Shown here piece by piece: positions 1 to 9,891 of a stretch of 64,000 nucleotides of DNA (position 1 is its first letter; every line of letters starts with the position of its first letter). Position numbers and translations under genes: made by a program. Under the pieces are notes generated by a model. The model saw only the letters and a list, made by a program, of their open reading frames with translations, was not told the DNA's origin and searched no databases. The DNA comes from Alphaproteobacteria bacterium (lineage in GTDB: Bacteria; Pseudomonadota; Alphaproteobacteria; JAPOUT01; G958296285). Where the stretch lies: NCBI GenBank assembly GCA_965212075.1, contig OZ243043.1, forward strand, positions 158,797 to 222,796. Direction: 5' to 3'.

Positions 1-2
1 AA

Positions 3-251
3 CGACAACTGGCGGATTTAGCGCCTCTGCGACTTGAAATTACAGACCTCTCCGCCGCGCATGAAGGCCATGCGGGCGCGCCGCAGAACGAACAAGAAAC
101 TCATTTGGAGGTTCTGATCGTCTCGGAGAAATTTACCGGCAAAACGCGCATTGAGCGCCAGCGCATGGTGCATTCCTGCCTTGCCGCGCAGTTTTCCGCC
201 GGGCTTCACGCCTTGATCATCAAAGCTTTGTCTCCGGAAGAGGTGAAGTGA
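3..251 (+). CDS. BolA family protein (5' end cut by window edge)
   Basis: The frame starting at nt 3 is open from the window edge to TGA at 249-251. It translates to ...HEGHAGAPQNEQETHLEVLIVSEKFTGKTRIERQRMVHSCLAAQFSAGLHALIIKALSPEEVK, a BolA-like pattern. It is absent from the ORF track because no start codon lies inside the window. Confidence 0.8.
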   Translation, partial: RQLADLAPLRLEITDLSAAHEGHAGAPQNEQETHLEVLIVSEKFTGKTRIERQRMVHSCLAAQFSAGLHALIIKALSPEEVK

Positions 252-254
252 AGT

Positions 255-1586
255 TTAAGCCGAGAGTTTGCGCAGCCGCAATTTGGTGACCTTTTGTCCG
301 CGCCGCCCGATGACATCAACGTGAATGCCGTGAAAATCAAAACTTTCTCCCATATTGGGAATTTCTTTTGCCTGATCAATGACGAGGCCGGCCAATGTTG
401 ACGTGCTGGCGCTATCGGGCAGATTCCAATCCAGCGCGCGGTTTAAGGCGCGGATCGGAATGGAGCCATCAACAATCACCGAGCCATCGCGATTTTTCAG
501 CAATTCCATATGGTCCTGATCGTGCTCGTCTTCGATTTCGCCGACGATTTCTTCAAGGATGTCTTCAAGCGTGACAAAGCCGAGCAGATCGCCATATTCG
601 TCAACGACAAGCGCGCAATGGTTTTTGCCCTGCAGGAAAGTATTCATCTGCACACGCAGAGAGGTCGTGTGAAGAACGAACCAAGGCTCGCGCGCGAAGT
701 TGGCGATGTTGAGCTGGTCAACTTGTCCGTTGCTGTGGATCACCGCCTCAAGGACATCTTTGGCGTGGATGATTCCGATGATGTTGTCCTGATTGTCGCG
801 CCAGAGAGGAATGCGCGTATGGCCGCCGGACATGATCTGCTCCATCAGTTCGCGTGCAGGCAGGTCGGCATTGGCCATATTGATCTGCGTGCGGTGAATC
901 ATCACATGAGAGATATTCACTTCGTCTAGATCAAGGATGCTGTTGAGCATGTCTTTATTGTCTTTGATGACGGCGCCGCCCATATGGTGAAGGTCAATGA
1001 CGCCGCGCAACTCTTCGCGCGCGCTGAGCTCCTGATCTTCCTCTTGAGCGCGGCGGCGCATCGGCGCGAGCAGTTTGCGGATCATAATTTGTGCGGTGAT
1101 CGCCGGCAGGCCGAGAACCGCCAAAGCGCCGCGCGAAAACAAAGCCAAAAACAAAAGCGCATTATCCGGCCTTATCAGCGCGAGCGTTTTTGGCAGCAAT
1201 TCGGAAAATGAAACGATCAGAATTGTCATCACAATTGTCGCATAGACGATGCCCGCCTCTCCGAACAATCTCAAGAATACGGCGGTGGCCAAAACTGAAG
1301 CAAGGATATTGACGAGATTATTTCCGAGCAAAATCGCGGCGATGAGCTTTTCGCGCTGCTCAATCAGAAATTCCGCAATGCCCGCGCGCGGATGGCCTTG
1401 GCGCGCTTTTTGGTGAATGCGCGCATGGCTTGCGCCGGTGATCGCGGTTTCCGATGCCGAAAAGAGGCCGGAGAATATGAGCAAAATCGGAATGGATAGG
1501 ATTTCGATCAAAGTGCGTGTGGAAAGATTTAAATTCGCAAACCAGTCTGTCAGCGTGGTGGACAATTCAGCAAGAAGCTCGGTCAT
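255..1586 (-). CDS. HlyC/CorC (TlyC/CNNM) family transporter: DUF21 membrane domain, CBS pair and CorC_HlyC domain
   Basis: 443 aa. The N-terminal part has hydrophobic helices, followed by a CBS-like region (VMIHRTQI...IPLWRDNQDNIIGIIHAKDV) and a C-terminal CorC-like region (SVIVDGSIPIRALN...). Confidence 0.85.
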   Translation of the reverse strand: MTELLAELSTTLTDWFANLNLSTRTLIEILSIPILLIFSGLFSASETAITGASHARIHQKARQGHPRAGIAEFLIEQREKLIAAILLGNNLVNILASVLATAVFLRLFGEAGIVYATIVMTILIVSFSELLPKTLALIRPDNALLFLALFSRGALAVLGLPAITAQIMIRKLLAPMRRRAQEEDQELSAREELRGVIDLHHMGGAVIKDNKDMLNSILDLDEVNISHVMIHRTQINMANADLPARELMEQIMSGGHTRIPLWRDNQDNIIGIIHAKDVLEAVIHSNGQVDQLNIANFAREPWFVLHTTSLRVQMNTFLQGKNHCALVVDEYGDLLGFVTLEDILEEIVGEIEDEHDQDHMELLKNRDGSVIVDGSIPIRALNRALDWNLPDSASTSTLAGLVIDQAKEIPNMGESFDFHGIHVDVIGRRGQKVTKLRLRKLSA

Positions 1587-2695
1587 AAGACAGATATATC
1601 CTGTTTTTGTGTAAAGAAATCATAAAGATCGTCAAAATTCACATCATGAGAGATGAAGGCCTCGCCGATATTTTTTGCAAGGATGAGGGATAATTGCCCC
1701 TGTTTGGTTTTTTTATCTTGGCGCATGATATTGACGATGTTGCGGGCGTCGTTGAGCAGGCGGCTTTGCACGGGCAGGCCGACAGCGGCGAGATGATGTG
1801 CGACGCGCTGGGCTTGCTGCGGCTTCATCAGACCGCGCTGTGCTGACATGGAACAAGCCAAAGTCATGCCGATCGCCACAGCTTCGCCGTGCAATAATTG
1901 ATGGTCGGACGCGATCTCAAGCGCATGGCCGAAACTATGGCCGAGGTTGAGCAAAGCGCGCTGGCCATGTTCTTTTTCATCTTGGCTGACAATGGCGGCT
2001 TTGGCGCGGCAGCTTGTTGTGATCGCATGGAGCAGGGCAGTTTTATCTTGCGCGATGATTTTATCTTTATTTTGTTCAAGCCAGCAGAAAAAATTTTCAT
2101 CGCCGATGATTCCATATTTGACGATTTCCGCATAGCCGCTCAGAAATTCTTTTTTGGGCAGGGTCTCGAGCAGAGCGATGTCAATAATAACGAGCGCAGG
2201 CTGATGGAATGTGCCGATCAGATTTTTGCCCTGTGCGGTGTTGATGCCGGTTTTGCCGCCGATGGCGGAATCGACCTGTGCGAGCAGAGTGGTGGGAATG
2301 TGCGCGATGCGCACGCCGCGCCGGATGAGACTCGCGGCCATGCCGGCGAGGTCGCCGATCGCGCCGCCGCCAAAAGACAAAATAAGATCGTTGCGCTCAA
2401 TATGCGCGTCAAGCAGAGCGGCGCAGATTTTTTCCAGTGAAGCAAAAGTTTTGGCGCGTTCACCGGAGTAAGGCGCATCAATGATGGTCGCGTCAAGTGC
2501 GGCATTGTCGAGCGCTTCGTCTAGAAGATGTCCCTGTGCAGCGCGCGCTTGCGGGTCGGCGATCACGGCGATCTTGCGCCGCGCGAGCAAAGGCGACACA
2601 AAGCGCGCCAAATCGGCGAGGATGCCGTCTCCGACATGCACCTCATAGCTGGACTCCGACGCAGAGACGGTGATGGATGTGGTGGTTTGACTCAT
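1583..2695 (-). CDS. aroB: 3-dehydroquinate synthase
   Basis: 370 aa with GGGAIGDLAGMAAS, the metal-binding region LNLGHSFGHALE...HGEAVAIGM, and a 4-nt overlap with aroK upstream. Confidence 0.9.
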   Translation of the reverse strand: MSQTTTSITVSASESSYEVHVGDGILADLARFVSPLLARRKIAVIADPQARAAQGHLLDEALDNAALDATIIDAPYSGERAKTFASLEKICAALLDAHIERNDLILSFGGGAIGDLAGMAASLIRRGVRIAHIPTTLLAQVDSAIGGKTGINTAQGKNLIGTFHQPALVIIDIALLETLPKKEFLSGYAEIVKYGIIGDENFFCWLEQNKDKIIAQDKTALLHAITTSCRAKAAIVSQDEKEHGQRALLNLGHSFGHALEIASDHQLLHGEAVAIGMTLACSMSAQRGLMKPQQAQRVAHHLAAVGLPVQSRLLNDARNIVNIMRQDKKTKQGQLSLILAKNIGEAFISHDVNFDDLYDFFTQKQDISVL

Positions 2696-3264
2696 TGAGG
2701 GGTGAATGATTGCAAAATCTTCTTTGTGCGTAAAGCGCAGATGACGGTGTTTATAATGTGCTCACTTGGACGGGTCGCGTCTAGGGTGATATTGGCTTCT
2801 TGATAGTGAGGCTCGCGCAGCGCGAGCAATTGGCTCACAATAGCATGTTTATCGCCATCGGCAAGAAGCGGGCGCTTGTTTGGTTTGGCTTCGATGCGGG
2901 CGGATAGGAGCGCGGGCGGGGCTTTGAGCCAGATCGTCACGGCTTTTTGCCTGAGAAGCACGCGGGTGGCTGGATTATCCAGCGCGCCGCCGCCTAGGGC
3001 GATCACACCGGCTGACGGCGCTTGGATCAGATCGGCCACAATGTCTGCCTCAAGTGCACGAAATCGCGGCTCGCCCTTTTGGGAGAAAATTTGCGCCACC
3101 GAGAGGCCGGTTTGCGCTTCAATCACCTCGTCGCTATCGGCGAAGGAGAGGCCAAGATGGCGGGCGAGCGCACGTCCGATCGTGGTTTTGCCTGATCCCA
3201 TCATGCCGACCAGCACGACAGGCCGCAGCAGCTTCGCCTTCATATTTTTGATATTTTTTGCCAT
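2692..3264 (-). CDS. aroK: shikimate kinase
   Basis: 190 aa with the P-loop GMMGSGKTTIGR and a conserved DSD motif. It forms an operon with aroB. Confidence 0.9.
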   Translation of the reverse strand: MAKNIKNMKAKLLRPVVLVGMMGSGKTTIGRALARHLGLSFADSDEVIEAQTGLSVAQIFSQKGEPRFRALEADIVADLIQAPSAGVIALGGGALDNPATRVLLRQKAVTIWLKAPPALLSARIEAKPNKRPLLADGDKHAIVSQLLALREPHYQEANITLDATRPSEHIINTVICALRTKKILQSFTPQ

Positions 3265-3291
3265 CTCGTTTATTCTTGGCTAAGTTTCCTT

Positions 3292-3426
3292 ATGCTGCGT
3301 TTTATTAAAATCACCCTTTTGACCACTTTGGCGATTCTGCTTTTCGGATTGGTTTATCTGCAAGCGATGGATCCGCCACAGCGCCAAATCAACAAAATCG
3401 TGCCCAATGAGAAATTATTACAATAG
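3292..3426 (+). CDS. possible small membrane protein (44 aa)
   Basis: Hand translation gives ATG at 3292, MLRFIKITLLTTLAILLFGLVYLQAMDPPQRQINKIVPNEKLLQ and TAG at 3424-3426. It has one hydrophobic helix and overlaps the start of the next ORF by 20 nt. It is below the ORF-track length cutoff and there is no homology evidence. Confidence 0.2.
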   Translation: MLRFIKITLLTTLAILLFGLVYLQAMDPPQRQINKIVPNEKLLQ

Positions 3427-5188
3427 GAATATTAGGAATATCCATGATATTCATCATATCAATATCAGGCGCTGTGTAGAATGCTTTGGCGTTTTGATTT
3501 TGGCGCTGTTTGTTGGCGAAAACACGCTTTGGGCGGCGCCGCGGGATACTTTGCCGCCCGGTTTTCACTCCAAGCCGCTTTTGCAGCCAAAATATGAGCC
3601 TAACCCCGATGAGGACGAACCTTCTGATGACAAAGCCGCGGCGCAAGATGCGGCCACAGATTCGATTACTTTTTTGCCTCTGATTGAAAAAGAGCTTCTC
3701 TTGCCGCCGAAGACCGGCCTGCTTTATGACGAGGAAGGTTTGGGTGAGGAGATTTGGCAGGAAGGCGATTTAGATACGATCATGAGTTTGATGGATACAT
3801 GGCGCGTTAAATTGCGCTCTCGGCCTGTGGCTGATCTTGCGCGGCGGCTTTTGCTGACTCACGCCAGCGAGCCTTTGGGCATAAATCCTTTTGACTTTAT
3901 GAAAGTCAGGCTGACCAAAATATACCAGATGGGTGATGTGGCGGCTCTGAAGAAATTTTTTGTGCGTTTTCCTGTTTTGTCATTGGATAAAAGCTTTTCG
4001 CTGCTGCATGAGCGTCAAGCATTTGCGCAGGGAATTCGTGATGGCCGCATTGTGGGCGAAGGCTGTGCTTTGTGGCGCGCCAACCGACAGCGTCCGCGTC
4101 AGGAAGACGATGTGCTCGTTCCGCCCGAGCCGATTGAACAGCAGATCACAGCTTTATGTTTGGGCTTTTCGGGCCAGATTGGGCGCTCTTTATCGGAAGC
4201 TGAAAATCTAAGCGATACAGGCCGCGCGCCGCGGGAGTTTTTTACTTTGTTAGCGGCGGCTTTGGGGTCAAAGACGAAAATAAGAGATAGTTCTTCTGTA
4301 GAATCATCTACGCCGCAGGAGATCAATTCTGTGCTGTGGTCGCTCTACAAGCTGGTGAGAAGGCAGCCGAGATATATTTATCTTGATCGCGTTGAGGCGG
4401 TGCTTTTGCCCTATATGGCGCGTGATGAATCATTGACTTATAATTGGCGTCTGGCCGCCGCCCAGCGCGCGATGCTGCATGGGTTGATTCCCCCGCGTTT
4501 TTTGCAGAGCTTTTATCGCGCTCGTGGCCGTCAAGATTTTGCGCGCCCGCCATCGCGAAGCTCCAAGCAGGAGCGCAGCGCGAATGTTGATCGCACACAA
4601 GTGCGAAAAATTTCTAATATTCTCGCCACAGCGCCCAATCGCATGGCTTATATTGCTTTTTTGCATAGCTGGGCGCGCGACATTGCGTTTTTAGATCTTC
4701 GCAGCGGCCATAGCCGCTTAAATGGCTTGCGCGCGTCTCTTTTGCTGAATCAGCAAGCGCGCATGAAAGTCTGGCTTGGCTCGCGGGGCGCATCAAATTT
4801 GCCGCTGCCGCTGCGCGCGATTTTGGCCGTATTAGAAGGCGCAAAAAGCTCGTCTCATCGCGGGATTGCGCCGCAGGCGATTGAAAGCTGGCGGCAAAGA
4901 ACCAACATGATCGTCAATGTCATCGGCAAGGAATTTTTCAACATAGACGCCGCCGACCTGCCCGACATTGATGACACCAAAGAAGGCGAGGCGCTCGTGC
5001 AGACGATAGAAAAAAAAGCGCGCGCCGAAATCATTTTGCGCGTGCTGGTGGGCATGGATAATGTCGCGCTTGCGCGCACGCCCTCTTTTTTGCGCGCGGT
5101 GATCCGCAGCTTGAACGCGATTGGCCTCAAAAAAGAAGCGTGGCGCATCGCGATTGATGTGTTTCTCATTGAGGCATGGGGGCCATAA
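3407..5188 (+). CDS. hypothetical secreted protein (593 aa) in the aroK-xerD interval
   Basis: This is a long ORF on the expected strand. The N-terminus looks like a signal peptide (basic stretch, then FGVLILALFVGENTLWA/AP). I recognise no family motif. Confidence 0.55.
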   Translation: MRNYYNRNIRNIHDIHHINIRRCVECFGVLILALFVGENTLWAAPRDTLPPGFHSKPLLQPKYEPNPDEDEPSDDKAAAQDAATDSITFLPLIEKELLLPPKTGLLYDEEGLGEEIWQEGDLDTIMSLMDTWRVKLRSRPVADLARRLLLTHASEPLGINPFDFMKVRLTKIYQMGDVAALKKFFVRFPVLSLDKSFSLLHERQAFAQGIRDGRIVGEGCALWRANRQRPRQEDDVLVPPEPIEQQITALCLGFSGQIGRSLSEAENLSDTGRAPREFFTLLAAALGSKTKIRDSSSVESSTPQEINSVLWSLYKLVRRQPRYIYLDRVEAVLLPYMARDESLTYNWRLAAAQRAMLHGLIPPRFLQSFYRARGRQDFARPPSRSSKQERSANVDRTQVRKISNILATAPNRMAYIAFLHSWARDIAFLDLRSGHSRLNGLRASLLLNQQARMKVWLGSRGASNLPLPLRAILAVLEGAKSSSHRGIAPQAIESWRQRTNMIVNVIGKEFFNIDAADLPDIDDTKEGEALVQTIEKKARAEIILRVLVGMDNVALARTPSFLRAVIRSLNAIGLKKEAWRIAIDVFLIEAWGP

Positions 5189-5240
5189 AGTGGCCATAAA
5201 GTGGTCTTAAGAGTAGCTTTAAGAGTGGCTTTAAGGAACT
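5181..5240. repeat. tandem repeats straddling the stop codon of the 593-aa ORF: GGCCATAAAGT x2 (11 bp), then about 12-bp units TCTTAAGAGTAG/CTTTAAGAGTGG/CTTTAAGGAACT
   Basis: Read directly: ggccataaagtggccataaagtggtcttaagagtagctttaagagtggctttaaggaact. Confidence 0.85.
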
Positions 5241-5247
5241 CGTCATA

Positions 5248-6198
5248 ATGTCAAATGACGCAAATAAAATTGAGCTTTTTCTTGAGATGATGAGCGCTGA
5301 GCGCAATGCGTCTCAAAACACGCTTGCGGCCTATCGGCGCGATTTGGAATCTTTGGCGGCATTTTTGGCGAGCAAAAAGCGCGCGCTCAAAAATGCCGAT
5401 GGTGATCTGATCCGTGCCTGGTTGGTTGATCGTTTAGCGGGGCGTCTGGCCCCCTCGACGCAGGCGCGGCGGCTGGCGGCGGCGCGGCAGTTTTATAAGT
5501 TTCTGGTTCTTGAAAATATCAGGCCGGATCAGCCCTGCGATGGGATCGAGGCGCCCAAGCGCGCCCAGCGTCTGCCGAAAACGCTTTCGGAAAAAGAAGT
5601 GGATCAATTGCTGGATTTTGCCCATAACGCGCTGGCAAAAAACGACAAAGAGCTTCATAAAAAAACCCGCTTTGTGTGCATGATTGAAATTCTTTATGCG
5701 ACCGGCTTGCGCGTTTCCGAGCTTGTTGGTTTAGCACTTGAGGCGATTTCCGAAGACCGCCGCTTTTTGCTGGTGCGCGGCAAAGGCCGCAAGGAGCGCA
5801 TCGTTCCCTTATCGCAAAAGGCTAGTGAAGCGCTGGCTGCGTGGCTGGCGGCGCGCAATCAAGATGAGGGCGCACAGCAAAGCGCGTGGCTTTTTCCGTC
5901 AGGGCGTTCGCATATATCGCGCCACCGCTTTGCGCAATTGCTGAAACAAGCGGCACTGGCTGCTGGTCTAGCGGGTGAAAATATCAGCCCGCATATTTTG
6001 CGCCATGCCTTTGCCAGTCATCTGCTTGAGCATGGCGCGCCGCTGCGCGCGGTGCAGCAAATGCTGGGCCATGCGGATATTTCCACCACGCAGATCTATA
6101 CCCATGTGATGGAAGAGAGGCTGCGCGCTCTGGTTCAAGAAAAACATCCGCTGGCGCATAAAGTGCATAAAGCGCATAAGCCTGCTCATAAAACTTGA
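5248..6198 (+). CDS. xerD: site-specific tyrosine recombinase XerD
   Basis: 316 aa with LPKTLSEKEVDQLL, ILYATGLRVSELVGL, RGKGRKERIVPL, HILRHAFASHLL and LGHADISTTQIYTHV. This closely follows the E. coli XerD pattern. The C-terminal tail HKVHKAHKPAHKT is encoded by 9-bp repeats. Confidence 0.85.
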   Translation: MSNDANKIELFLEMMSAERNASQNTLAAYRRDLESLAAFLASKKRALKNADGDLIRAWLVDRLAGRLAPSTQARRLAAARQFYKFLVLENIRPDQPCDGIEAPKRAQRLPKTLSEKEVDQLLDFAHNALAKNDKELHKKTRFVCMIEILYATGLRVSELVGLALEAISEDRRFLLVRGKGRKERIVPLSQKASEALAAWLAARNQDEGAQQSAWLFPSGRSHISRHRFAQLLKQAALAAGLAGENISPHILRHAFASHLLEHGAPLRAVQQMLGHADISTTQIYTHVMEERLRALVQEKHPLAHKVHKAHKPAHKT

Positions 6199-6229
6199 CT
6201 CTCCGATTTTTCGCCGTCAGACTTCTGCC

Positions 6230-7180
6230 ATGCCGGATTACCTAGATTTTGAAAAACCGCTCGCCCAGCTTGAAAGTGAAATCAAAGCACTCGCCGATCT
6301 TGACCAGCAGGATGATTCAGTCAGCGTCAAAGATGAGATCGCCAAGCTCGAGGAGAAGGCCAATGCGCTGCTGCGCACGCTCTATGGCTCGCTCGATGCG
6401 TGGCAAAAGACGCAGGTGGCGCGTCATGCGGCGCGGCCTCATTTTTCGGATTATGCGCGCGCGCTGGTGCCGGACTGGACGGCGCTCGCCGGTGATCGCA
6501 ATTTTGCCGAAGATCACGCTTTGATTGGCGGTCTGGGCTCATTTGGCGGGCGGCCTATTTTGCTGCAGGGGCATGAGAAGGGATCGGACACGCAGTCGCG
6601 GGTTCACCATAATTTCGGGATGGCGCGGCCAGAGGGCTATCGCAAGATCGTGCGGCTGATGTCGCTGGCGGAGAAGTTTGATCTGCCGGTGATTTCGCTG
6701 GTGGATACGCCGGGGGCTTATCCGGGCATCGGCGCTGAGGAGCGCGGCCAGTCGGAGGCGATTGCGCGCTCGACCGAGAGGTGTTTGTCTTTGGGGGTTG
6801 CGAACATTGTTGTGGTGATTGGCGAGGGGGGCTCGGGCGGCGCGGTGGCGCTGGCGAGCGCGAACAAAGTGATGATGCTGGAGCACGCGATTTACACGGT
6901 AGCCTCGCCGGAGGCTTCGGCGTCTATTTTGTGGCGCGACGCCGCGCGCGCCAAAGAGGCGGCCAGCGCGATGAAAGTGACGGCGCAATCCTTGATGAAG
7001 CTGGGCGTGATTGACGAGATCATCACCGAGCCGCTGGGCGGCGCGCACCGCGATCCGAAGGAGATGATCGCAGTGACAGGCCGCGCGCTTGCTGCCGCAC
7101 TTCAGGAGCTGGACGCTTTAAGTGCAGAGGAGCTGCGCGCTCATCGCCGCGACAAGTTTATGAAGATGGGGCGTCTTTAG
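6230..7180 (+). CDS. accA: acetyl-CoA carboxylase carboxyltransferase subunit alpha
   Basis: 316 aa starting MPDYLDFEKPLAQLESEI, with TPGAYPGIGAEERGQSEAIA and GEGGSGGALA-type motifs. Confidence 0.9.
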   Translation: MPDYLDFEKPLAQLESEIKALADLDQQDDSVSVKDEIAKLEEKANALLRTLYGSLDAWQKTQVARHAARPHFSDYARALVPDWTALAGDRNFAEDHALIGGLGSFGGRPILLQGHEKGSDTQSRVHHNFGMARPEGYRKIVRLMSLAEKFDLPVISLVDTPGAYPGIGAEERGQSEAIARSTERCLSLGVANIVVVIGEGGSGGAVALASANKVMMLEHAIYTVASPEASASILWRDAARAKEAASAMKVTAQSLMKLGVIDEIITEPLGGAHRDPKEMIAVTGRALAAALQELDALSAEELRAHRRDKFMKMGRL

Positions 7181-8363
7181 GGGTGCCTACAAGCGTCCGG
7201 ATGAAATCGCGCATTTCCTGAACGAAGAGCTCCGGCTGTTCCATCGCGGCGAAATGTCCGCCGCGCTCAAACGTTCGCCAGCTCTGGACGTTATATCCGG
7301 CCTCGACCATGCGGCGCGGCGGAAACTTGATGAATTCGGCGGGGAAGTCGGCAATCCCGACCGGCACCTCAATTTTTTGACCGGCGGGAATATCGGCGCC
7401 GCCTTCTTCCAACATGCCGCGATAGAACCAAGTTGCGGTGTTGAAGCTCTTGGTCAGCAGATAGACCATCACATTAGCGAGCAGCTGGTCTTTGGTGAAA
7501 GCGTTTTCAATATGCTCGCTGTTATCTTTGCCGCGCCGGTCTGACCAGCGGTGGAATTTTTCAACGATCCACGCGCAGACGCCGAGCGGGCTGTCCATCA
7601 TCGCGTAAGAGAGGGTTTGCGGCTTGGTCATCTGCAATCTGAGATAAGCGCCCTCCATCTCAAACATCATCTGTGCGGCAGCGACCCAGTTTTTTTCCTC
7701 TTCGGTTTGCGCAGGCGCGGCGGCGCGCAGGCCATACATATTGATATGGATGGCCTCGCAGCCGCCTGAAGGGGCTGCGTGATTGAGTCCCAGATATCCC
7801 GAAACCACCGCGCCCCAATCGCCGCCTTGCGCGATATAGGCGCTGATGCCGAGCGTCTCGCGCATGAGCTTGTCCCAAAGTTGAGCGGTGCGGCGCGGCC
7901 CGACGGGTCTCGGCGGCTTGCCCGACCAGGCATAGCCGGGCAGAGAGGGCGCGACGACATTGACGCCATCGTCAGCGCTTCCGCCAAATTGTTCGGGGTG
8001 CGCGAGCGGCTTGATGACCTCACGAAACTCCAGCACCGATCCCGGCCAGCCATGGGTGAGCAGCAGGGTTTTGGCGTGAGCGCGCTGGGCTTTTTCATGG
8101 ATGAAATGGACTTGGAGGCCGTCGATCTCGGCGGTGAACTGGTTGAATGAGTTGAGGGCGGTTTCGGTTTTGCGCCAGTCAAACTGGTTGATCCAATAAT
8201 CGCTGAGCTCTTTGAGATAATTCATATCGGTGCCATAGACCCATCGGTCTTGGTTGGGGTCTATTTCGGGCATTTGGTGCCATTGGTAGGCGCGCACTTT
8301 GCTGAGGATGGCGTCGATGTCTTTTTGCGGCGCGTTGATTTTGAAAGGCTTGGGCTGGCTCAT
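7158..8363 (-). CDS. epoxide hydrolase (alpha/beta hydrolase with EH N-terminal domain)
   Basis: 401 aa with an N-terminal EHN-like segment (F.INAPQKDIDAILSKV...), an HGWPGS oxyanion motif, and GGDWGA as the nucleophile region. Confidence 0.8.
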   Translation of the reverse strand: MSQPKPFKINAPQKDIDAILSKVRAYQWHQMPEIDPNQDRWVYGTDMNYLKELSDYWINQFDWRKTETALNSFNQFTAEIDGLQVHFIHEKAQRAHAKTLLLTHGWPGSVLEFREVIKPLAHPEQFGGSADDGVNVVAPSLPGYAWSGKPPRPVGPRRTAQLWDKLMRETLGISAYIAQGGDWGAVVSGYLGLNHAAPSGGCEAIHINMYGLRAAAPAQTEEEKNWVAAAQMMFEMEGAYLRLQMTKPQTLSYAMMDSPLGVCAWIVEKFHRWSDRRGKDNSEHIENAFTKDQLLANVMVYLLTKSFNTATWFYRGMLEEGGADIPAGQKIEVPVGIADFPAEFIKFPPRRMVEAGYNVQSWRTFERGGHFAAMEQPELFVQEMRDFIRTLVGTPKDAPSS

Positions 8364-8475
8364 TTTGGTTCCCCCTTATTTGAGGTTTTTATGCTATAGG
8401 AGATAACCAACCGCGCCAAGCCCTTCGGGGATATGAGGGAAGCATAAATGGCTGATAGGCATAAAGAATAGCGGA

Positions 8476-9891
8476 ATGATTGAGAATCGGACCATATTTA
8501 CCCGCGACAATCTTGACATCCTTCCGGGGATGGATTCCGAAAGCGTGGATTTAATTTATCTTGACCCGCCCTTTAATTCTAACCGCCATTATGAAGCTCC
8601 CGTAGGGAGCAAAGCCGCAGGAGCGGCATTTAAGGACGCTTGGACTTTTGAAGATACCGATGACGCATGGTGGGGATTGATCGCTGAAAAACATCCAGCG
8701 CTTTACAAAGTTATTGATGCGGCGGGAGCAGTCGGCAATAGCGGAGATAAATCATATTTGATTTATATGGCTATGCGGGTTCTAGAACTGCATCGGATAT
8801 TAAAACTCACTGGATCAATCTATCTTCATTGTGATTCTACAATGAGCCATAGTCTGAAGATGATGATGGATAGTATTTTTGGAAGGCGCAATTTTCGGAA
8901 TGATATTATTTGGAAACGCACAAACAACCCAAAAGGCTCTCAGTTTAAAAGCAAAAAGTATGGAGTTTATACAGATAACATTTTTTTCTATTCAAAAAGC
9001 GATAGCTTTTATTTTAATTTGTCGGCAGCTAAAAAGAAATTGGATTCAGAGGAAATTAAGAAAAAATATAAACTTGTTGATGAACATGGGAGATATTATC
9101 AAGGCCCCATTGTGAGGGGCGCTTCAATGGGTGATAGACCAAATCTTTGTTATGAATATAAAGGTTATACTTCCCCGCCTAGTGGGTGGCGTATGACAAA
9201 AGAAAAACTTATAGCATTAGACAAAGCAGGTAATCTTGGTTGGAGTAAAAATAAAATGCCATTTCGCAAACTTCGGCCCCAAGATGATGATGGACACCCA
9301 CTGGGCGGTTTGTGGGATGATATAAGCAGAATATCGTCGCAATCTCCGGAGCGCACAGGATATCCAACACAAAAGCCTATAGCATTATTAGAGCGCATTA
9401 TCAAAGTGTCCAGCAATGAAGGTGATGTGGTATTTGATCCGTTTTGCGGTTGTGCCACCACCTTAATAGCTGCTGAGAAAGAAAAACGACAATGGATAGG
9501 CATAGATATAAGCTCAAAGGCCGTTGACCTCGTAAAAGATAGGCTACACCAGACTTTCCAAATTGGAGAAGGTAGCGAAGGAGAACTCGCCTATAAAAGC
9601 GCTGACATTATTCACCGCACCGATATACCGATTAGATCGGATCATGCAACCCCACGATCAAAAGACATCAAGCATATTTTGTTTGGAAAACAAAAGGGCA
9701 TTTGTAATGGCTGCAAACATGATTTTCCGTTCCAGAACTTTACTCTTGACCATATTCAACCCACTTCAAGAGGCGGCGCGGATACGGACGCAAACCTTCA
9801 ACTGCTATGCAATCATTGCAACAGCGTCAAAAGCAACGGAACAATGGCAGAATTGATTGCGCGTTTGCGTGAACGCGGCATTTTGCATTAG
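8476..9891 (+). CDS. beta-class N6A/N4C DNA methyltransferase fused to a C-terminal HNH endonuclease domain
   Basis: 471 aa. Motif IV (LIYLDPPFNS) lies upstream of TGYPTQKP and motif I (FDPFCGCATT). The C-terminus reads CNGCKHDF...LDHIQPTSRGGADTDANLQLLCNHCNSVKSNG, an HNH pattern. The gene is visibly AT-richer than its flanks. Confidence 0.85.
   Translation: MIENRTIFTRDNLDILPGMDSESVDLIYLDPPFNSNRHYEAPVGSKAAGAAFKDAWTFEDTDDAWWGLIAEKHPALYKVIDAAGAVGNSGDKSYLIYMAMRVLELHRILKLTGSIYLHCDSTMSHSLKMMMDSIFGRRNFRNDIIWKRTNNPKGSQFKSKKYGVYTDNIFFYSKSDSFYFNLSAAKKKLDSEEIKKKYKLVDEHGRYYQGPIVRGASMGDRPNLCYEYKGYTSPPSGWRMTKEKLIALDKAGNLGWSKNKMPFRKLRPQDDDGHPLGGLWDDISRISSQSPERTGYPTQKPIALLERIIKVSSNEGDVVFDPFCGCATTLIAAEKEKRQWIGIDISSKAVDLVKDRLHQTFQIGEGSEGELAYKSADIIHRTDIPIRSDHATPRSKDIKHILFGKQKGICNGCKHDFPFQNFTLDHIQPTSRGGADTDANLQLLCNHCNSVKSNGTMAELIARLRERGILH

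Noticed and set aside
18-209. 63-aa minus-strand ORF at the window start
   Set aside because: It is antisense to the clear BolA reading frame, which runs in from the window edge.
6154-6192. GCGCATAA-containing repeats at the xerD 3' end, and CATAAAGTG repeats upstream (5181-5202), as a possible dif/Xer site
   Set aside because: GCGCATAA resembles the XerC arm of E. coli dif, but all copies here are direct repeats. There is no inverted TTATG arm separated by a 6-bp spacer. They fit the window-wide tandem-duplication pattern and, at 6154-6192, are in-frame coding sequence.
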